Below, in pieces: positions 61,363-64,000 of a DNA stretch of 64,000 nucleotides. A program made the translations under genes and the position numbers. The stretch's first letter is position 1. Each line of letters starts with the position of its first letter. This DNA is from an uncultured delta proteobacterium (GTDB lineage Bacteria > Myxococcota > Myxococcia > Myxococcales > Anaeromyxobacteraceae): contig CAWHDZ010000030.1 in NCBI GenBank assembly GCA_963828255.1, positions 128,001 to 192,000 on the forward strand, in the 5' to 3' direction. Below the pieces are notes generated by a model. It was not told the origin of the DNA and did no database searches. It worked only from the letters and a program-made list of their open reading frames with translations.

Positions 61363-63273
61363 ATGAGAAAGACATCATGGTCCGTCGGGATATCGCTTGT
61401 GGTGAGCGTCATCGTCCTCGGCTGCGGCGGTTCAAGCGGTAGTCAAAGCTCCACCGCGCCAGCAAGCCTGGCGGGCATCGCCTCATCCGACTCCCCGGTC
61501 GCCTCGGTGTCCCTGAAGGATTCGGCGTCGCCTCGGCGCCACGTCGTGACGACCCCTGACACCAGCGGGAGCTTCTCCTTCGACGTGGCGGATTTCACCC
61601 CGCCGTTCGCCCTGAAGGCGAAGACGGCTTCCGGAGCCGAGTACGCCATCGCGGCGAAGAGCGGTGTCGCCAACGTCAACCCGATCACCACCGTTGCAGC
61701 CTACGCAGCCTACGAAGCCGATGATGACGATGATGACGACGATGCCGAGGAGTCCTGGTCGGGCGGCAGCGCCGGGTCATCCAAGGACATCGAGCGGGTG
61801 ATCAAGAGCCTCAGCACGGTGCTCCGGCCGCTCTTCGACCTCTACGGGATCCGGCGCATCGGGGAGGACGACGAGGGCTGGAGACTCCGTGCCCTGCTCC
61901 GCGACGTGAGCTTCCAGGTGAAGTCTGGCGTGGTCACCGTGACGAACAGGGCGACCGGCGGCATCATCTTCACCGGCAAGATCAGGGACCTCTCCTCGGG
62001 CACGTTCTACCCCGAGAACATGCCCGCTGGACCCGGCGGGGGCACGCCTTCGACCTGCACCGGGTTCACGTACAACCCCTGGGGCGCCTGCCAGTCGAAC
62101 AACACCCAGACCCGCACGGTGGCGTCCTCGTCCCCGAGCGGCTGCACGGGCGGGACGCCGGTCCTCACCCAGGCGTGCACCTACGTGCCGCCTCCGCCCG
62201 CTGCCTGCCAGTACACCTACACCAGCTGGGGCGCCTGCCAGTCGAACGGGACGCAGACCCGCACCGTGGTCACGTCCGGCCCCACCGGATGCACGGGTAC
62301 CCCGGTCCTCTCCCAGTCCTGCACCTACGTGCCTCCTCCGGTGACCTGCAGCTCCTTCACCTACTCGGCGTTCGGAGCCTGCCAGTCGAACAGTACGCAG
62401 ACGCGCACCGTGCTGACCTCGTCCCCGACGGGCTGCACGGGCGGGACGCCGGTCCTCACCCAGGCGTGCAACTACGTGCCGCCGGTGGTGACCTGCAGCT
62501 CCTTCACGTACTCGGCGTTCGGAGCCTGCCAGCCGAACAACACGCAGACGCGCACCGTGCTGACCTCGTCCCCGACGGGCTGCACGGGCGGGACGCCGGT
62601 CCTCTCCCAGTCCTGCACCTACGTGCCTCCTCCGGTGACCTGCAGCTCCTTCACCTACTCGGCGTTCGGAGCCTGCCAGTCGAACAGTACGCAGACGCGC
62701 ACCGTGCTGACCTCGTCCCCGACGGGCTGCACGGGCGGGACGCCGGTCCTCACCCAGGCGTGCAACTACGTGCCGCCGGTGGTGACCTGCAGCTCCTTCA
62801 CCTACTCGGCGTTCGGAGCCTGCCAGCCGAACAACACGCAGACGCGCACCGTGCTGACCTCGTCCCCGACGGGCTGCACGGGCGGGACGCCGGTCCTCAC
62901 CCAGGCGTGCAACTACGTGCCGCCGACCTGCACGTACACGTACTCGGCGTGGAGCACCTGCTCCTCCAGCGGGACGCAGACCCGCACCGTCGCGTCGTCC
63001 ACGCCGGCCGGCTGCGCGGGGACCCCGGTCCTGACGCAGACGTGCACGCCTCCGACGCAGTCGTGCAACACCTGCCACGGGGTCCCTCCCTCCACCGGGG
63101 CGCACTCTTTCCACGGGAACACGTGCGGCAATTGCCACTCCGGATACACCTCGACGAGCGCCAACGCGGCGACGCACATGAATGGCACGAAGGATGTGAA
63201 CGGGACCCGGATCACCGCCTGGGATGCGTCGACCAAGCAGTGCACGGGGTGCCACGGCTCGGCTACCTGGTAG
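61363..63273 (+). CDS. Surface lipoprotein with seven TSP1-like Cys repeats and a C-terminal triheme c domain
   Basis: AGGAG RBS; lipobox VLGC; ANVNPITT N-terminal domain; poly-Asp tract; seven repeats; CNTCH, CGNCH, CTGCH. Confidence 0.85.
   Translation: MRKTSWSVGISLVVSVIVLGCGGSSGSQSSTAPASLAGIASSDSPVASVSLKDSASPRRHVVTTPDTSGSFSFDVADFTPPFALKAKTASGAEYAIAAKSGVANVNPITTVAAYAAYEADDDDDDDDAEESWSGGSAGSSKDIERVIKSLSTVLRPLFDLYGIRRIGEDDEGWRLRALLRDVSFQVKSGVVTVTNRATGGIIFTGKIRDLSSGTFYPENMPAGPGGGTPSTCTGFTYNPWGACQSNNTQTRTVASSSPSGCTGGTPVLTQACTYVPPPPAACQYTYTSWGACQSNGTQTRTVVTSGPTGCTGTPVLSQSCTYVPPPVTCSSFTYSAFGACQSNSTQTRTVLTSSPTGCTGGTPVLTQACNYVPPVVTCSSFTYSAFGACQPNNTQTRTVLTSSPTGCTGGTPVLSQSCTYVPPPVTCSSFTYSAFGACQSNSTQTRTVLTSSPTGCTGGTPVLTQACNYVPPVVTCSSFTYSAFGACQPNNTQTRTVLTSSPTGCTGGTPVLTQACNYVPPTCTYTYSAWSTCSSSGTQTRTVASSTPAGCAGTPVLTQTCTPPTQSCNTCHGVPPSTGAHSFHGNTCGNCHSGYTSTSANAATHMNGTKDVNGTRITAWDASTKQCTGCHGSATW
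62056..63063 (+). repeat. Intragenic tandem array of about 147-bp (49-aa) units, seven copies
   Basis: Near-identical units start at 62347, 62494, 62641 and 62788 (147-bp period, alternating A/B variants); diverged units start at 62056, about 62206 and 62929. Confidence 0.95.
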
Positions 63274-63315
63274 CGGAAAGCTAGACCGGAGCCTGTCACC
63301 CGACAGGCCTCCCAC

Positions 63316-63354
63316 GGGGCACCCCGTCCTCCGGGACGCGGTGCCCCTTCTCTT
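63316..63354 (+). terminator. Intrinsic terminator after the repeat cytochrome gene
   Basis: GGGGCACC-CCGTCC...GGACG-CGGTGCCCC hairpin followed by TTCTCTT. Confidence 0.7.
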
Positions 63355-63647
63355 GCCCGTCGTCCCCGGGCCCGGCGCGCCTCCTCGATCTGGTTGCGAA
63401 GCCACTCGATCCCATCGATGCTGGCTGTCGTCTGCCCATCAGGGAAGCAAGCGTCCATCCACGCCCTCGGCTCCGTCGCGCACTTCCCGGCCAGCCCATG
63501 GCTCCCGTGCTCGCTGCGCACAAGATGAACCGTGACGCCAAGCAGCGCGGCGACCTGCATGTCCTTGAGCGAGGCCAGGGAGACCTGGCGGTGGGACCGT
63601 CACGCTGGCGGGATTCACCGCGACCGCAATGGTCCGGAAAACGAGAA

Positions 63648-63682
63648 GGGCGGAGGCGCCTGCGCGCCCCCGCCCCATTTTC
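63648..63682. terminator. Probable terminator for the minus-strand cytochrome gene (possibly bidirectional)
   Basis: GGGCGGAGGCGC-CTGC-GCGCCCCCGCCC hairpin flanked by A-rich and T-rich tracts. Confidence 0.6.
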
Positions 63683-63714
63683 ACGGAGAGTCGGTGCTCT
63701 CCGTCCCCGTCAGG

Positions 63715-64000
63715 CTAGGGGATGGTCGACGCCGCGTCGATGATCGTCTGCCGGCCGTTCTCGAACGTGGTCGGCACCCAGCCCTGGCCGTAGGCGTGGA
63801 TCCGGAGACCGAACTGCGTGGACTGCACGCCCGACTGGTGGCAGCTCATGCAGGAGGCCGCAGTCGCGCCCATGAGCACGTCGTCGAGCTGGTTGCCCCA
63901 CGGCGCGGCGCCCGGGTCGGTGATGAGGGCGACGCCCTTGGTGGCGTTCACCGTCTCCTGGACCCAGCCGTCGGAGTGGCAGGCCGCGCAGTTGTTGATG
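63715..64000 (-). CDS. C-terminal part of a multiheme c-type cytochrome (OmcA/MtrC-like), 5' end outside the window
   Basis: INNCAACHSDG...GATAASCMSCHQ...RIHAYGQG; two CxxCH motifs in the last 95 codons. Confidence 0.8.
   Translation of the reverse strand, partial: INNCAACHSDGWVQETVNATKGVALITDPGAAPWGNQLDDVLMGATAASCMSCHQSGVQSTQFGLRIHAYGQGWVPTTFENGRQTIIDAASTIP

Noticed and set aside
62056..63063. Regular repeats as a possible CRISPR array
   Set aside because: The units are contiguous, in-frame coding repeats with no unique spacers, and there are no cas genes.
63355..63645. Short ORF fragments between the two cytochrome terminators
   Set aside because: Coding signal is weak and no family is recognisable; it may be a gene remnant but I cannot support that.

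Overview
This is a very GC-rich, gene-dense bacterial window. Its gene content (multiheme c-type cytochromes, monomeric IDH, a zinc-ribbon/TonB-C protein, a PilZ-TPR protein) suggests an Anaeromyxobacter-like myxobacterium; that assignment is inference. Most of it is core or housekeeping: a Yip1-TolC-MacAB-type export operon ending in lepB, ppx, panE, acyl-CoA dehydrogenase, threonine aldolase, upp, mdh-icd, Rrf2-cysK, an ABC-2 exporter, an M3 peptidase, lemA-M48, and a 2-hydroxyacyl-CoA dehydratase/activase cluster. I saw no rRNA, tRNA, CRISPR array, integrase or transposase. Five things stand out. (1) Between the convergent upp and mdh genes is an integrase-free accessory hotspot. An mntA/truncated-hepT cassette is bracketed by a duplication of the upp 3' end (58 bp exact, about 93 bp total). 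Next to it, a LuxR regulator and a modular Cys-rich lipoprotein gene are bracketed by a 29/31-bp repeat of the mdh terminator. (2) A lipoprotein carries seven thrombospondin-1-like repeats capped by a three-CxxCH heme domain, convergent with another multiheme cytochrome. (3) A GIY-YIG nuclease is fused in frame to an alpha/beta hydrolase. (4) A nitrilase-fold orphan lies ahead of the dehydratase cluster. (5) Several genes are frameshifted, some probably from assembly error, and nhaA also has an apparent internal deletion. All family assignments come from motif recognition by eye, not from database searches.
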